Of a stretch of 64,000 bases of DNA, positions 1 to 10,041 are shown one piece after another (position 1 is the stretch's first letter; each line of letters begins with the position of its first letter). Source of the DNA: Sphingomonas sp. (GTDB taxonomy: Bacteria; Pseudomonadota; Alphaproteobacteria; Sphingomonadales; Sphingomonadaceae); the NCBI RefSeq assembly GCF_013816785.1, contig NZ_JACDDV010000003.1, positions 3,838 to 67,837 of the forward strand, read 5' to 3'. The notes under the pieces are model-generated. The model searched no databases, was not told where the DNA came from, and saw nothing but the letters and a program-made list of their open reading frames with translations. Position numbers and translations under genes: made by a program.

Positions 1-656
1 CCAATGCGATCAACATGCCCAGCCTCAGCGCTGAGGAAGCGCCGCGCCTGCGTCCTTACATGGCACTGGCCGAAAAGCTCGGGAAGCTGGTCGGGCAGAT
101 TGTCGGCGAGGACGTCAGGTCGGTGGCGGTCGAGGTCGAAGGGGCGGCGGCGCAGCTCAACCAGAAGCCGATCACAGGCGCCGTGCTGGCCGGGCTGATG
201 GGCACCTATTCACAGACCGTGAACATGGTGAACGCGCCGTTCCTGGCCAAGGAACGCGGCCTTGACGTGCGCGAGGTCCGGCACGACCGCGAGGGCGATT
301 ATCACACGCTGGTCGCGCTGGAAGTCGGCACAAGCTCGGGGACGCGCCGCGTCGCCGGCACGCTGTTCGGCAATTCCGGGCCGAGGCTGGTCGAGATGTT
401 CGGGGTAGAGGTCGAGGCTGAGCTCGAGGGCGCGATGATCTACATCGTCAACAACGACGCCCCGGGGTTTATCGGCAAGCTTGGCACGGCGCTGGGCGAG
501 GCAGGCATCAATATCGCCACCTTCAACCTCGGCCGCCGCGCCGCAGGCGGCGAGGCCGTCGCGCTAATTGCGGTCGACAGCGATGTGCCACACTCGGTGG
601 TCGAGCAACTATGCGCGATCGACGGGGTTCGACGGGTCGTGCCGCTTACCTTTTAG
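1..656 (+). CDS. serA: D-3-phosphoglycerate dehydrogenase, C-terminal part (5' end outside window)
   Basis: Frame-3 ORF is open to the window edge. The translation (...NAPFLAKERGLDVREV... and ACT-like ...IVNNDAPGFIGKLGTALGEAGINIATFNLGR...) matches the C-terminus of long-form SerA. Confidence 0.8.
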   Translation, partial: NAINMPSLSAEEAPRLRPYMALAEKLGKLVGQIVGEDVRSVAVEVEGAAAQLNQKPITGAVLAGLMGTYSQTVNMVNAPFLAKERGLDVREVRHDREGDYHTLVALEVGTSSGTRRVAGTLFGNSGPRLVEMFGVEVEAELEGAMIYIVNNDAPGFIGKLGTALGEAGINIATFNLGRRAAGGEAVALIAVDSDVPHSVVEQLCAIDGVRRVVPLTF

Positions 657-665
657 GACAATCGC

Positions 666-1472
666 ATGACCGACGACATGAAATTGGTTCTGAGCAAGGT
701 TCCTGCCGTCACGCTCGGCTTCTGGATCATCAAGATCCTCGCCACCACGCTCGGCGAGACCGGCGGCGATAGCGTCAGCATGACATGGCTGGGCGAGACC
801 ACTCCCAACGCCCCCCAATCCTGGCTCGGCGGCTATTTGATCGGCACTTTCATCTTCGGCGCGCTGCTTGCGGTGCTGGTGTGGCTGCAGATAAGGGCGC
901 GGCGGTTCCACCCGTTGCTCTATTGGGCGACGATCATTGCCTCGACGACCGCCGGCACTACCCTCGCCGATTTCGCCACGCGATCGCTCGGCATCGGCTA
1001 TGCCGGCGGATCGCTGCTGCTGCTGTCGTGCGTGCTCATTTCACTGTTCACGTGGTACCGGACGATGGGCAGCGTCAGCGTCGACACGGTCAACACGCCG
1101 AAGGTCGAGCTGTTTTATTGGATCACCATCACCTTCTCGCAAACGCTGGGCACCGCGCTCGGCGACTGGGTCGCCGATTCCGGGCCGGGCTATTCGGGCG
1201 GCGCGTTGATCTTCGGCGCCGCGCTCGCGGTGTTGGCGCTGCTTTACTACGCGACCAGCATCAGCCGGGTGATGCTGTTCTGGGCGGCGTTCATCCTCAC
1301 GCGGCCGCTCGGCGCGACGGTCGGCGATTATCTCGACAAGCCGGTCGCCAAGGGCGGGCTCGAGTTCAGCCGCCCGCTAGCCACCGCCGTCCTCGCGATC
1401 GTTATCCTCGCGCTGATCCTGCTACTGCCACAGCGCCCCGGCGAGCATCCGCGCGCCGAGGCCACCGCGTAG
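666..1472 (+). CDS. conserved polytopic membrane protein (COG4705-like)
   Basis: 268-aa ORF with several TM helices. The KVPAVTLGFWIIKILATTLGETGGD motif is echoed internally (ITITFSQTLGTALGDW). It starts 10 nt after the serA stop. Confidence 0.7.
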   Translation: MTDDMKLVLSKVPAVTLGFWIIKILATTLGETGGDSVSMTWLGETTPNAPQSWLGGYLIGTFIFGALLAVLVWLQIRARRFHPLLYWATIIASTTAGTTLADFATRSLGIGYAGGSLLLLSCVLISLFTWYRTMGSVSVDTVNTPKVELFYWITITFSQTLGTALGDWVADSGPGYSGGALIFGAALAVLALLYYATSISRVMLFWAAFILTRPLGATVGDYLDKPVAKGGLEFSRPLATAVLAIVILALILLLPQRPGEHPRAEATA

Positions 1473-1547
1473 CTGGACGCCTCGCGCTCCAGTCAATAGG
1501 AGGCGCGCTGAACCGCGACCGGCCGCTTAGGGTTAAGGAATTTCGAC

Positions 1548-2837
<1,290 letters not shown>

Positions 2838-2885
2838 CTTGAGCGTCCGCTTTCGACCCATTGCGGACATTCGACAAGCGAGGAT

Positions 2886-3485
2886 TCAGCGCTTCTGTAG
2901 AGTGACGGCCAGCCATGGTCCGGTGCCGGACTCATAGCCGCCGCCTTCATATTCGAGTAGCGATTTGAGATGCCAATCACCGGCGCTGTGATAAGCCTCC
3001 ATGAGACCGTCGCGAGTTAGGTAATTGAAGTAGCGACCAGCGCTGTCTCGACCTTCCTGCTTGCCTGCCTTGTAACTGGCGCAATGAACCCCGTCGGTCT
3101 TTAGAGCGCGATGCACTAGCGAAATAACCTGAGGGAGCTCCGCGCGGGGGACATGCAGTAGGCTCGCGCTCGCCCAAACGGCATCATACTCCTCGTGAGC
3201 ATCAAGCTCGTCAAAGCGCATCACGCGAACGGATCGGTCAAGGCGAGCTTGAGCAAGCTGTGCCATGGCGGGGACCGCATCCGTAGCCTCTACCTCGAAC
3301 CCCGCAGCTAGCATCGCTCTTGCATCTCGCCCGGCGCCACAGCCCAGGTCGAGAATCCTTGCTCCAGTTGGAAGCAACTCAATGAAGCTATGGAGGTGCC
3401 GACTAACGCCGTCTGGTCCAGCAGCTGCGTAGTCCGGACAATACGATTGATAGAAACTGAGCGTGTCCGCGTCATACCTGGGCAT
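2886..3485 (-). CDS. class I SAM-dependent methyltransferase
   Basis: 199 aa with SAM-binding motif ILDLGCGAGRD and downstream acidic loop FEVEATD. Confidence 0.8.
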   Translation of the reverse strand: MPRYDADTLSFYQSYCPDYAAAGPDGVSRHLHSFIELLPTGARILDLGCGAGRDARAMLAAGFEVEATDAVPAMAQLAQARLDRSVRVMRFDELDAHEEYDAVWASASLLHVPRAELPQVISLVHRALKTDGVHCASYKAGKQEGRDSAGRYFNYLTRDGLMEAYHSAGDWHLKSLLEYEGGGYESGTGPWLAVTLQKR

Positions 3486-3745
3486 GATTACCGGCTAGAG
3501 CATTGTGGCAATATCTGGAATGCCCGCTTTCTACCCAGATCGGGCTTCGCGAAAAACCCCTGTCCTACAACCTGGCAATCATGCCATCGCAGGGATGGCT
3601 CTTTCGCAATCGAATCCACGACCCGCGCGATCCGGAAAATCCCGGCCGGCGACAAGCGACGTGACCATGAACACGTGTGAACATTCGCCCTGAATACCCC
3701 TCCCGGGAAGGGAGGGGCCGGGGGTGGGTTGACCTCCTGCTTGTT

Positions 3746-3821
3746 CCCCGGCGAAGGCCGGGGTCCAGGGCGGTGCGCAGCAGCGCCTGTCGGCGCTCCT
3801 GGGCCCCTGCCTTCGCCGGGG
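3746..3821. repeat. GC-rich palindromic (REP-like) element / possible fabI terminator hairpin
   Basis: 24-nt arms CCCCGGCGAAGGCCGGGGTCCAGG (3746-3769) and CCTGGGCCCCTGCCTTCGCCGGGG (3798-3821) are 22/24 complementary. The element starts 2 nt after the fabI stop. A second small hairpin CCCCTCCC/GGGAGGGG lies at 3697-3717. Confidence 0.6.
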
Positions 3822-3823
3822 TA

Positions 3824-4627
3824 CTAGACCGTCGCTATATCGGGCGCGTCTTCGGCCTTCATTCCGACGACGTTGTAGCCCGCGTCTACGTGATGGATTT
3901 CGCCGGTGACGCCGCTCGCCAGATCGCTGCACAGATAGAGTCCCGCGCCGCCAACATCCTCGATCGTGACGTTCCGCCTCAACGGCGCATTATATTCGTT
4001 CCACTTCATGATGTAGCGGAAGTCGCCGATGCCGCTCGCCGCCAGCGTCTTGATCGGTCCGGCGCTGATCGCGTTGACGCGAATGCCCTCGGGGCCGAGG
4101 TCGGCGGCGAGATATTTGACGCTCGCTTCGAGCGCGGCCTTGGCGACACCCATGACATTGTAATGCGGGATGACCTTTTCCGCGCCATAATAGCTGAGCG
4201 TCAGCAGCGATCCGCCCGGCCTCATCATCGCCCGCGCGCGCTGCGCCACCGCGCAGAAGCTGTAGACCGAGATGTTCATCGTCATCAGGAAATTGTCGAG
4301 GCTGGTATCGACATAGCCGCCGCGCAGCTCGTTCTTGTCCGAAAAGCCGATCGCGTGGACGACGAAGTCGAGCCCGTCCCAGCGCGCCTTCAGCGCATTG
4401 AACGCGGCGTCGAGCCTGCCCATATCCGCCACATCGCAATCAATCAGCAGGTCGGAGCCGAGTTGTGCCGCGAGCGGACGAACCCGCTTTTCAATCGATT
4501 CGCCCTGGTAGGCAAATGCCAGCTTGGCACCGGCATTGCCGAGCGCCTGGGCGATGCCCCACGCCAGCGATCGATCATTGGCAAGGCCCATGATCAGCCC
4601 GCGCTTGCCCGTCATGATGCCGCTCAT
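3824..4627 (-). CDS. fabI: enoyl-[acyl-carrier-protein] reductase (NADH)
   Basis: 267-aa SDR with GKRGLIMGLANDRSLAWGIA at the N-terminus and the SYYGAEKVIPHYNVMGVAKAALE catalytic Y/K region typical of FabI. Confidence 0.95.
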   Translation of the reverse strand: MSGIMTGKRGLIMGLANDRSLAWGIAQALGNAGAKLAFAYQGESIEKRVRPLAAQLGSDLLIDCDVADMGRLDAAFNALKARWDGLDFVVHAIGFSDKNELRGGYVDTSLDNFLMTMNISVYSFCAVAQRARAMMRPGGSLLTLSYYGAEKVIPHYNVMGVAKAALEASVKYLAADLGPEGIRVNAISAGPIKTLAASGIGDFRYIMKWNEYNAPLRRNVTIEDVGGAGLYLCSDLASGVTGEIHHVDAGYNVVGMKAEDAPDIATV

Positions 4628-5655
4628 CGGCTATTCCCCCCCATCACTTCCTTGGGCACCACTTCGTCGGGAGCCGGCTCCTCGACCGTCAGTTCGTCGC
4701 TGTGTGGCCCCTCATATTGCTCCCCCTTTAGCGCCGTATCGCCGGCGTCGGCTAGGGCCGCGTTGAGTTCTGCCCCGGTGACTACTCCCAGCCCGATGAC
4801 GAAGAAGAACAGCAGTACGACCATCACCCCGCCAAGGCTGCCGTAGGTCAGCTCATAGCCGCCGAACAGGCCGATGGTCGGCGGCAGCAGCTCGACGGTG
4901 ATCATCCACCAGACGGTCACGAATAACGCGCCCGGCCATTTGCGGCACTGAAGATTACGGTAGCGCGAGGGGGTCAGCGCCAGGAATAAAATATAGAAGG
5001 TCGCGAACAATGTTAGGCCCGGGATAACTCGATAGAATCCCAGTTGATGGCCAAGTCCTTCTGAAAATGGCAGCCGTGCGACTACGAAATGTTGAGCGGA
5101 GGTGAGGAACAGGGTCACGCCGAACGCGATCAGCAGCAGGATGACGGCGGCAACGATACCCGCCATCGATCCGAGGCGATATTGCCAGAAGCTCGCCGAA
5201 TATTTGACGCCATAGGCGCGGCGCAGGATGTCGCGGATCGTCTCGATGAAGCTCGCCGCGGTCCACAGTCCGACGATCGCGCCGAACCACAGTAAATTGC
5301 CCGAGCGGCCCTTGAGCACTTCGGCGATCGGCATAGCGAGCACATCGCGTACTTCCGGGGGAAGCCGGGCAAGTATGGTCACGACGGTCTGCTGCCCCTG
5401 CTCGCCGCTGCCGAGAAGGTGAGCGACCGCAGCGGCGAGGATCAGGAACGGGAACAGCGCCAGCAGCGCGAGATAGGCAAGGTTGCCGGCGTGGACGAAG
5501 CCGTCCTCATAAACCCCGAGTCCAACGCGTTTGAGCACAGTGAGCAGCGGCGGGCCTCGCCTCATCCGCCTGACGAAATCCGAGCCCCAGCGCGCATGCG
5601 CGCTTGCTAGCTGCTTGCGCCGCTCTTCGGGCGATTGGGGATGAATTTCTTCCAC
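4624..5655 (-). CDS. YihY/BrkB (ribonuclease BN-like) family membrane protein
   Basis: 343 aa, multiple TM segments, AGNLAYLALLALFPFLIL motif. Its stop overlaps the fabI start (4624-4627). Confidence 0.85.
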   Translation of the reverse strand: MEEIHPQSPEERRKQLASAHARWGSDFVRRMRRGPPLLTVLKRVGLGVYEDGFVHAGNLAYLALLALFPFLILAAAVAHLLGSGEQGQQTVVTILARLPPEVRDVLAMPIAEVLKGRSGNLLWFGAIVGLWTAASFIETIRDILRRAYGVKYSASFWQYRLGSMAGIVAAVILLLIAFGVTLFLTSAQHFVVARLPFSEGLGHQLGFYRVIPGLTLFATFYILFLALTPSRYRNLQCRKWPGALFVTVWWMITVELLPPTIGLFGGYELTYGSLGGVMVVLLFFFVIGLGVVTGAELNAALADAGDTALKGEQYEGPHSDELTVEEPAPDEVVPKEVMGGNSR

Positions 5656-5664
5656 GTGAGTGAG

Positions 5665-6603
5665 CTAAACCCCCAGCGACGCGCGCGGGTTGCCTCCGCC
5701 GGCCCACTCGCCGACGAACCGTTCGAGCGCTTCGTCGCCCGCGGGCACGTCGACCGCCAGCTGGACGATCTGGTCGCCGCGCGTCCCGTCCCTGGCGGTA
5801 AAGCCGCGATTCTTAAGCCGTAGCAGCTTGCCCGAGCTCGAACCCTTGGGGATGGTCAGCATCACCGGGCCCTCGGGGGTCGGCACCCTGACCTTGGCTC
5901 CCTCGACCGCTTCCTTAAGCGTGATCGGCAGCGCCAGACGGATATTCTTACCCTCGCGACTGTAGAAACTATGCCCGCCAATTTCGATCGCGACGATTGC
6001 GTCGCCGCGTCCGCCGGGGCCTTCCTGACCTTGGCCCGCGAGCCTGATCTTGCTGCCATCCTCGACGCCATTGGGCAGTTTAAGGTTGATCGACCGCCCG
6101 CCCGACAGCGTCACCCGCTGCTCCTTCATCGTCGCCGCATCGACAAACGAGACTTTCAGGCGATAGGCGACGTCGGCGCCTTTTTGGGGCGGCCGGTTGC
6201 GCCCGAAGTTGCCGGTGCTGCCACGCCGCGGACCGCCCGCGCCACCGAACAGACCTTCGAACAGGTCGGACAGGTCGGCGGTGTCGGCGCCCTGAAACCC
6301 GCCGGGATAGCCTTCGAATCCACCGCCCGGCCGCGGGCCGCCGCCGCCGTTGCCGGTGAAGCCACCGCCGAACGGCATCCGTGGATTGCCGTCATCGTCG
6401 ATTTCGCCGCGGTCGTAGCGCGCACGCTTGTCCTTGTCCGACAGAAGGTCATAGGCGCGGGTAACGCTCGCGAAACGCTCGGTCGACTTGGGATTATCCT
6501 TGTTGCGGTCGGGATGCAGCTGCTTGGCGAGACTGCGATAGGCCTTCTTGATCTCGGCCTCGCTCGCTCCCCGGCCGACGCCCAACTGCTGGTACAGGTC
6601 CAT
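5665..6603 (-). CDS. DnaJ-class co-chaperone, CbpA-like (J domain, no zinc finger)
   Basis: J domain DLYQQLGV...HPDRN, Gly-rich linker and DnaJ C-terminal repeats, with no CxxCxGxG motifs. ATG 6603 (MDLYQQ) is preferred; an upstream ATG at 6651 is possible. Confidence 0.85.
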   Translation of the reverse strand: MDLYQQLGVGRGASEAEIKKAYRSLAKQLHPDRNKDNPKSTERFASVTRAYDLLSDKDKRARYDRGEIDDDGNPRMPFGGGFTGNGGGGPRPGGGFEGYPGGFQGADTADLSDLFEGLFGGAGGPRRGSTGNFGRNRPPQKGADVAYRLKVSFVDAATMKEQRVTLSGGRSINLKLPNGVEDGSKIRLAGQGQEGPGGRGDAIVAIEIGGHSFYSREGKNIRLALPITLKEAVEGAKVRVPTPEGPVMLTIPKGSSSGKLLRLKNRGFTARDGTRGDQIVQLAVDVPAGDEALERFVGEWAGGGNPRASLGV

Positions 6604-6705
6604 TCCATTCCCTTCGTCGCCCCGTTTCGGAGCCGCGTCTGCGTCCGTCAAGCTTCAACGGCTCTTTGCAGAACGTTAAGCCTCTGCCACGAAGAAGCGG
6701 GGGAT

Positions 6706-7320
6706 ATGAAGAGCACCGATCCGAATGCCAATCGCCGGCCGCTCAAATCGCGCTCGACCGGCTGGGCCGCTCTCGCCGCCAGGGGTGCGCTGGCGCTTGG
6801 CCTGAGCGCCAATCAGGTGAGCTTCCTCGGAATCATGGTGGCCGCTCTCGGCGCCTGGGCGATGGTCGCGGCGCCGGATCAGCCCCTCCTGTTCCTTGCC
6901 GCCGCCGCCGCGATCCAGTTGCGCCTGCTGGCCAACATGATCGACGGGATGGTCGCGCTCGAAGGCGGGCGCGGCGGGCCGACCGGAGCGATCTGGAACG
7001 AATTTCCCGACCGGATCGAAGACAGTTTGTTCCTCGTGGCCGCAGGCTATGCCGCCGAGATGCCATGGCTCGGCTGGCTGGCCGCGCTGCTCTCCGCGGT
7101 CTGCGCCTATGTACGACTGCTCGGCGGAACGCTCGACCGGCCACAGGACTTCGGCGGTCCGATGGCCAAGCCGCACCGCATGGCAGCGCTGACGATCGGA
7201 TGCCTGATCGCCACTGCTTGGTTCGGTGGCCTGCAGCTTGCGCTCGGCCTCATCGCGGCCGGCACCGTCCTGACCATCGCTCTCCGCCTGATGCGTCTGT
7301 CGCGGGCGTTGCACACATGA
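6706..7320 (+). CDS. CDP-alcohol phosphatidyltransferase family protein (YnbA-like)
   Basis: Internal ATG of track ORF 5971..7320; the upstream part is antisense to the dnaJ-like gene. Membrane protein with the motif DGMVALEGGRGGPTGAIWNEFPDRIED. Confidence 0.8.
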   Translation: MKSTDPNANRRPLKSRSTGWAALAARGALALGLSANQVSFLGIMVAALGAWAMVAAPDQPLLFLAAAAAIQLRLLANMIDGMVALEGGRGGPTGAIWNEFPDRIEDSLFLVAAGYAAEMPWLGWLAALLSAVCAYVRLLGGTLDRPQDFGGPMAKPHRMAALTIGCLIATAWFGGLQLALGLIAAGTVLTIALRLMRLSRALHT

Positions 7321-7907
7321 TCGGCGGTCTGATCGTCGGGCTGACCCGGGTGCTGGTCGGCGGCCAGGGCCTGTGGTTCGATTGCGCCCCGACCGATCGC
7401 CAGGCGATTTATTTCGCCAATCATTCCAGCCACCTCGACACAATCCTCATCTGGGCGACCATGCCGCCGGAGTTGCGCCGCCGCGTTCGCCCGGTCGCCG
7501 CCGCCGACTATTGGGGCAAGGGCCGCATTCAGCGCCACATTGCACTGAAGGTGCTCAATGCCGTGCTGATCGATCGTACGACCCGCTCAAGCAACCCCCT
7601 CGCCCCGCTCGAGGCGGCGCTCCACGCCGGTGACAGCTTGATCTTGTTTCCCGAGGGCACACGCGGCAATGGCGAATTGCCGGGCTCGTTCAAGCCGGGA
7701 CTCTATCATCTGGCTAGGGCTTTTCCCGAGGTCGATCTCGTGCCCGTCTATCTCGACAATCTTCGCCGCGCCCTGCCCAAAGGCAGCCATCTTCCAGTGC
7801 CGCTCAACTGCGTCGCTCGCTTCGGGTGCGCGACGCGCCTCGGCGACGGCGAGGCCAAGGCTTCCTTCCTCGATCGCACTCGCGCCGCGGTGGTGAGCTT
7901 GGCATGA
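7317..7907 (+). CDS. lysophospholipid / 1-acyl-sn-glycerol-3-phosphate acyltransferase family protein
   Basis: HxxxxD box NHSSHLD and FPEGTRG box. The ATG overlaps the upstream stop (ATGA at 7317-7320). Confidence 0.85.
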   Translation: MIGGLIVGLTRVLVGGQGLWFDCAPTDRQAIYFANHSSHLDTILIWATMPPELRRRVRPVAAADYWGKGRIQRHIALKVLNAVLIDRTTRSSNPLAPLEAALHAGDSLILFPEGTRGNGELPGSFKPGLYHLARAFPEVDLVPVYLDNLRRALPKGSHLPVPLNCVARFGCATRLGDGEAKASFLDRTRAAVVSLA

Positions 7908-8848
7908 GCCTGCCTCCGCTCGAAAATATGCATTACCTCATCGGCGGCGTGATCGCGCTGCTCGGCCTCTCCTCCCTGATCGGCTGGGTGCTTGCGCGCC
8001 GGGTCACCAGCGACTCCGGCCGCGAGACGGTGCGCAACCTCAATGCGCGGATCAAGGCGTGGTGGGTGATGGTCGCGATCTTCGCCATCGCCTTCATCTT
8101 TGGCAAGGGCGTCACCATCCTGTTGTTCGCCACGGTCAGCTTCTATTGTCTGCGAGAATTCTACTCGCTGACCCCGACTGATCCCAGCGACCATCCGGCG
8201 ATGGCCGTCGCCTTTTACCTGTTCCTGCCGTTGCAATATTGGCTGGTTTGGGCCGACTGGGTGACGATGCTGACCATCGCCATCCCGGTCTATGCGTTCC
8301 TCGCCCTGCCGGTGCTGTCGATCGTTAAGGGTGTCACCGCCGACTATCTGCAACGTGTCGCCAAGATTCAGTGGGGCCTGATGCTTGCGGTGTTTTGCAT
8401 CAGCCACGCCCCGGCGCTGTTGATACTCGATCTCGGCGGGCCGAAGCCGGTCTATCTGCTGTTTTTCCTGGTCACCGTCGTCCAGCTGTCCGACGTCTTT
8501 CAATATATCGCCGGCAAGTTGGTCGGCCGCCGCAAAATGGCGCCGAACGTCAGCCCATCGAAGACCTGGGAGGGGCTGATCCTCGGCGGCCTTGCGGCGA
8601 CCGGGGTCGGCGCGGGGCTATGGTGGATCACCCCGTTCAGTCCGTTGGAAGCGGCCGGAATGGCGCTCGCCATCGTCGTGGCGGGAGCATTGGGCGGGCT
8701 GGTCCTATCGGCGGTGAAGCGCTCGCTCGGCGCCAAGGATTGGGGCGTGATGATTCAGGGGCATGGCGGCGCGCTCGATCGAATGGATTCGGTGACCTTT
8801 GCCGCCCCATTGTTCTTCCACCTGACCAATTATTTCTTTGCCCGATGA
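7904..8848 (+). CDS. phosphatidate cytidylyltransferase family protein (CdsA paralogue-like)
   Basis: CdsA signature SAVKRSLGAKDWGVMIQGHGGALDRMD, polytopic. ATGA overlap at 7904-7907. Confidence 0.9.
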   Translation: MSLPPLENMHYLIGGVIALLGLSSLIGWVLARRVTSDSGRETVRNLNARIKAWWVMVAIFAIAFIFGKGVTILLFATVSFYCLREFYSLTPTDPSDHPAMAVAFYLFLPLQYWLVWADWVTMLTIAIPVYAFLALPVLSIVKGVTADYLQRVAKIQWGLMLAVFCISHAPALLILDLGGPKPVYLLFFLVTVVQLSDVFQYIAGKLVGRRKMAPNVSPSKTWEGLILGGLAATGVGAGLWWITPFSPLEAAGMALAIVVAGALGGLVLSAVKRSLGAKDWGVMIQGHGGALDRMDSVTFAAPLFFHLTNYFFAR

Positions 8849-9423
8849 GCATCGCGGCGCTGCTGCTTTTTATCCGCGCGCTCAGTCTGACCTTGCCACT
8901 GTGGCTGGTCGCGGGCTGGTCGGCGGCAGAGGCGGCGATCTTCTTCCTCGTCGCGGACATTCCGATCAGCTGGATCGCGGTGCGCAGCGGCACCCGCGCC
9001 GCGATTCTCGCGGCGATCGTCGCCGCCCTAGCCTCCGCAGCCGGCGCGCTGGCAATGTGGGTCTGGGCTCAGCACGACCCGAGCGGCGCGGCGGCGACCA
9101 TGGCTGCGCTGCCCGGCATCGACGGCGGGCTGATCGGCGAAGCAGCCGACCGTTTGCACCACGGCCCGCACGCGGTCCTCGCCGGTTCGTTTACCGGCAT
9201 TCCGTTCAAGCTGTTCGCCCTCGAAGCGGCCAGGGAAGGCAACTTCACCTTCCTCTTGCTCGCTCCCTTGCTTCGCCTGCCGCGCTTCCTTGCCGTCGCG
9301 CTTCTGTCGGGGACGGTATCGCGTTGGCTGTCGCGCCGGACGACGGGTCGCCAGCGCCTTGCCCTTCTCATATCCCTATGGACCGCCTTCTACGCCTGGT
9401 ATTTCTCGGCGATGCCGCGCTGA
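8845..9423 (+). CDS. small polytopic membrane protein, DedA/YqaA-like (tentative)
   Basis: 192 aa with 4-5 TM helices and a GIPFKLFA segment reminiscent of the DedA/VTT family. ATGA overlap at 8845-8848. The family assignment is tentative. Confidence 0.6.
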   Translation: MSIAALLLFIRALSLTLPLWLVAGWSAAEAAIFFLVADIPISWIAVRSGTRAAILAAIVAALASAAGALAMWVWAQHDPSGAAATMAALPGIDGGLIGEAADRLHHGPHAVLAGSFTGIPFKLFALEAAREGNFTFLLLAPLLRLPRFLAVALLSGTVSRWLSRRTTGRQRLALLISLWTAFYAWYFSAMPR

Positions 9424-9462
9424 CCCTCGACAGTGCGGCCGCGACGCGGCAAAGCGCCAGCC

Positions 9463-10041
9463 ATGGCCGACGATCCTTTCGCCTTGTTCGATGCCTGGCT
9501 TGGCGATGCGAAGGACAGCGAGCCCAATGACCCCGAAGCCATGGCGCTCGCGACGGCCGACGCCACGGGACGCCCCTCGGTGCGGATGGTGCTTCTGAAG
9601 GGCCATGGGCCGGACGGATTCTCGTTCCGCACCAACCTCGATAGCCGTAAGGGCGAGGAGTTGGCCGCCAATCCGAACGCTGCCTTGCTGTTTCACTGGA
9701 AAAGCCGGCGACGCCAAGTGCGCATTGAAGGTCCGGTGGGGCCGATCGACGACGATGAGGCTGACGAATATTTCGCCGGTCGCGGCCGCGATTCGCAGCT
9801 CGGCGCCTGGGCATCCGACCAATCGCGCCCGCTAGCCAGCCGGGCAATTTTCGAGGCGCAGTTCGAGGCGATGCAAGAGCGGTTCGTAGGAGGTGACGTG
9901 CCCCGCCCGCCGCGCTGGTCGGGGTTTAAGCTTTTTCCGATCCAGTTCGAATTTTGGTCGGACAGGCCGCACCGGCTGCATGAGCGACGGTTATTCACCC
10001 GCGACGGCGACGGCTGGCGCGAAGGATTGCTCTACCCGTGA
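9463..10041 (+). CDS. pdxH: pyridoxamine 5'-phosphate oxidase
   Basis: RMVLLKG, FRTNLDSRKG, LLFHW, RQVRIEG and C-terminal ...RLHERRLF...LLYP blocks. ATG 9463 (MADDPF) is preferred over 9433. Confidence 0.9.
   Translation: MADDPFALFDAWLGDAKDSEPNDPEAMALATADATGRPSVRMVLLKGHGPDGFSFRTNLDSRKGEELAANPNAALLFHWKSRRRQVRIEGPVGPIDDDEADEYFAGRGRDSQLGAWASDQSRPLASRAIFEAQFEAMQERFVGGDVPRPPRWSGFKLFPIQFEFWSDRPHRLHERRLFTRDGDGWREGLLYP

Noticed and set aside
3677-4846. 389-aa plus-strand ORF covering fabI and the yihY-like 3' end
   Set aside because: It is antisense to two genes with clear homology. The translation is Arg/Ala/Pro-rich with no recognisable domain, which is typical of a high-GC shadow ORF.
5971-6705. 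245-codon N-terminal extension of the CDP-alcohol phosphatidyltransferase ORF
   Set aside because: It is entirely antisense to the DnaJ-like gene. The homologous membrane protein begins at ATG 6706.
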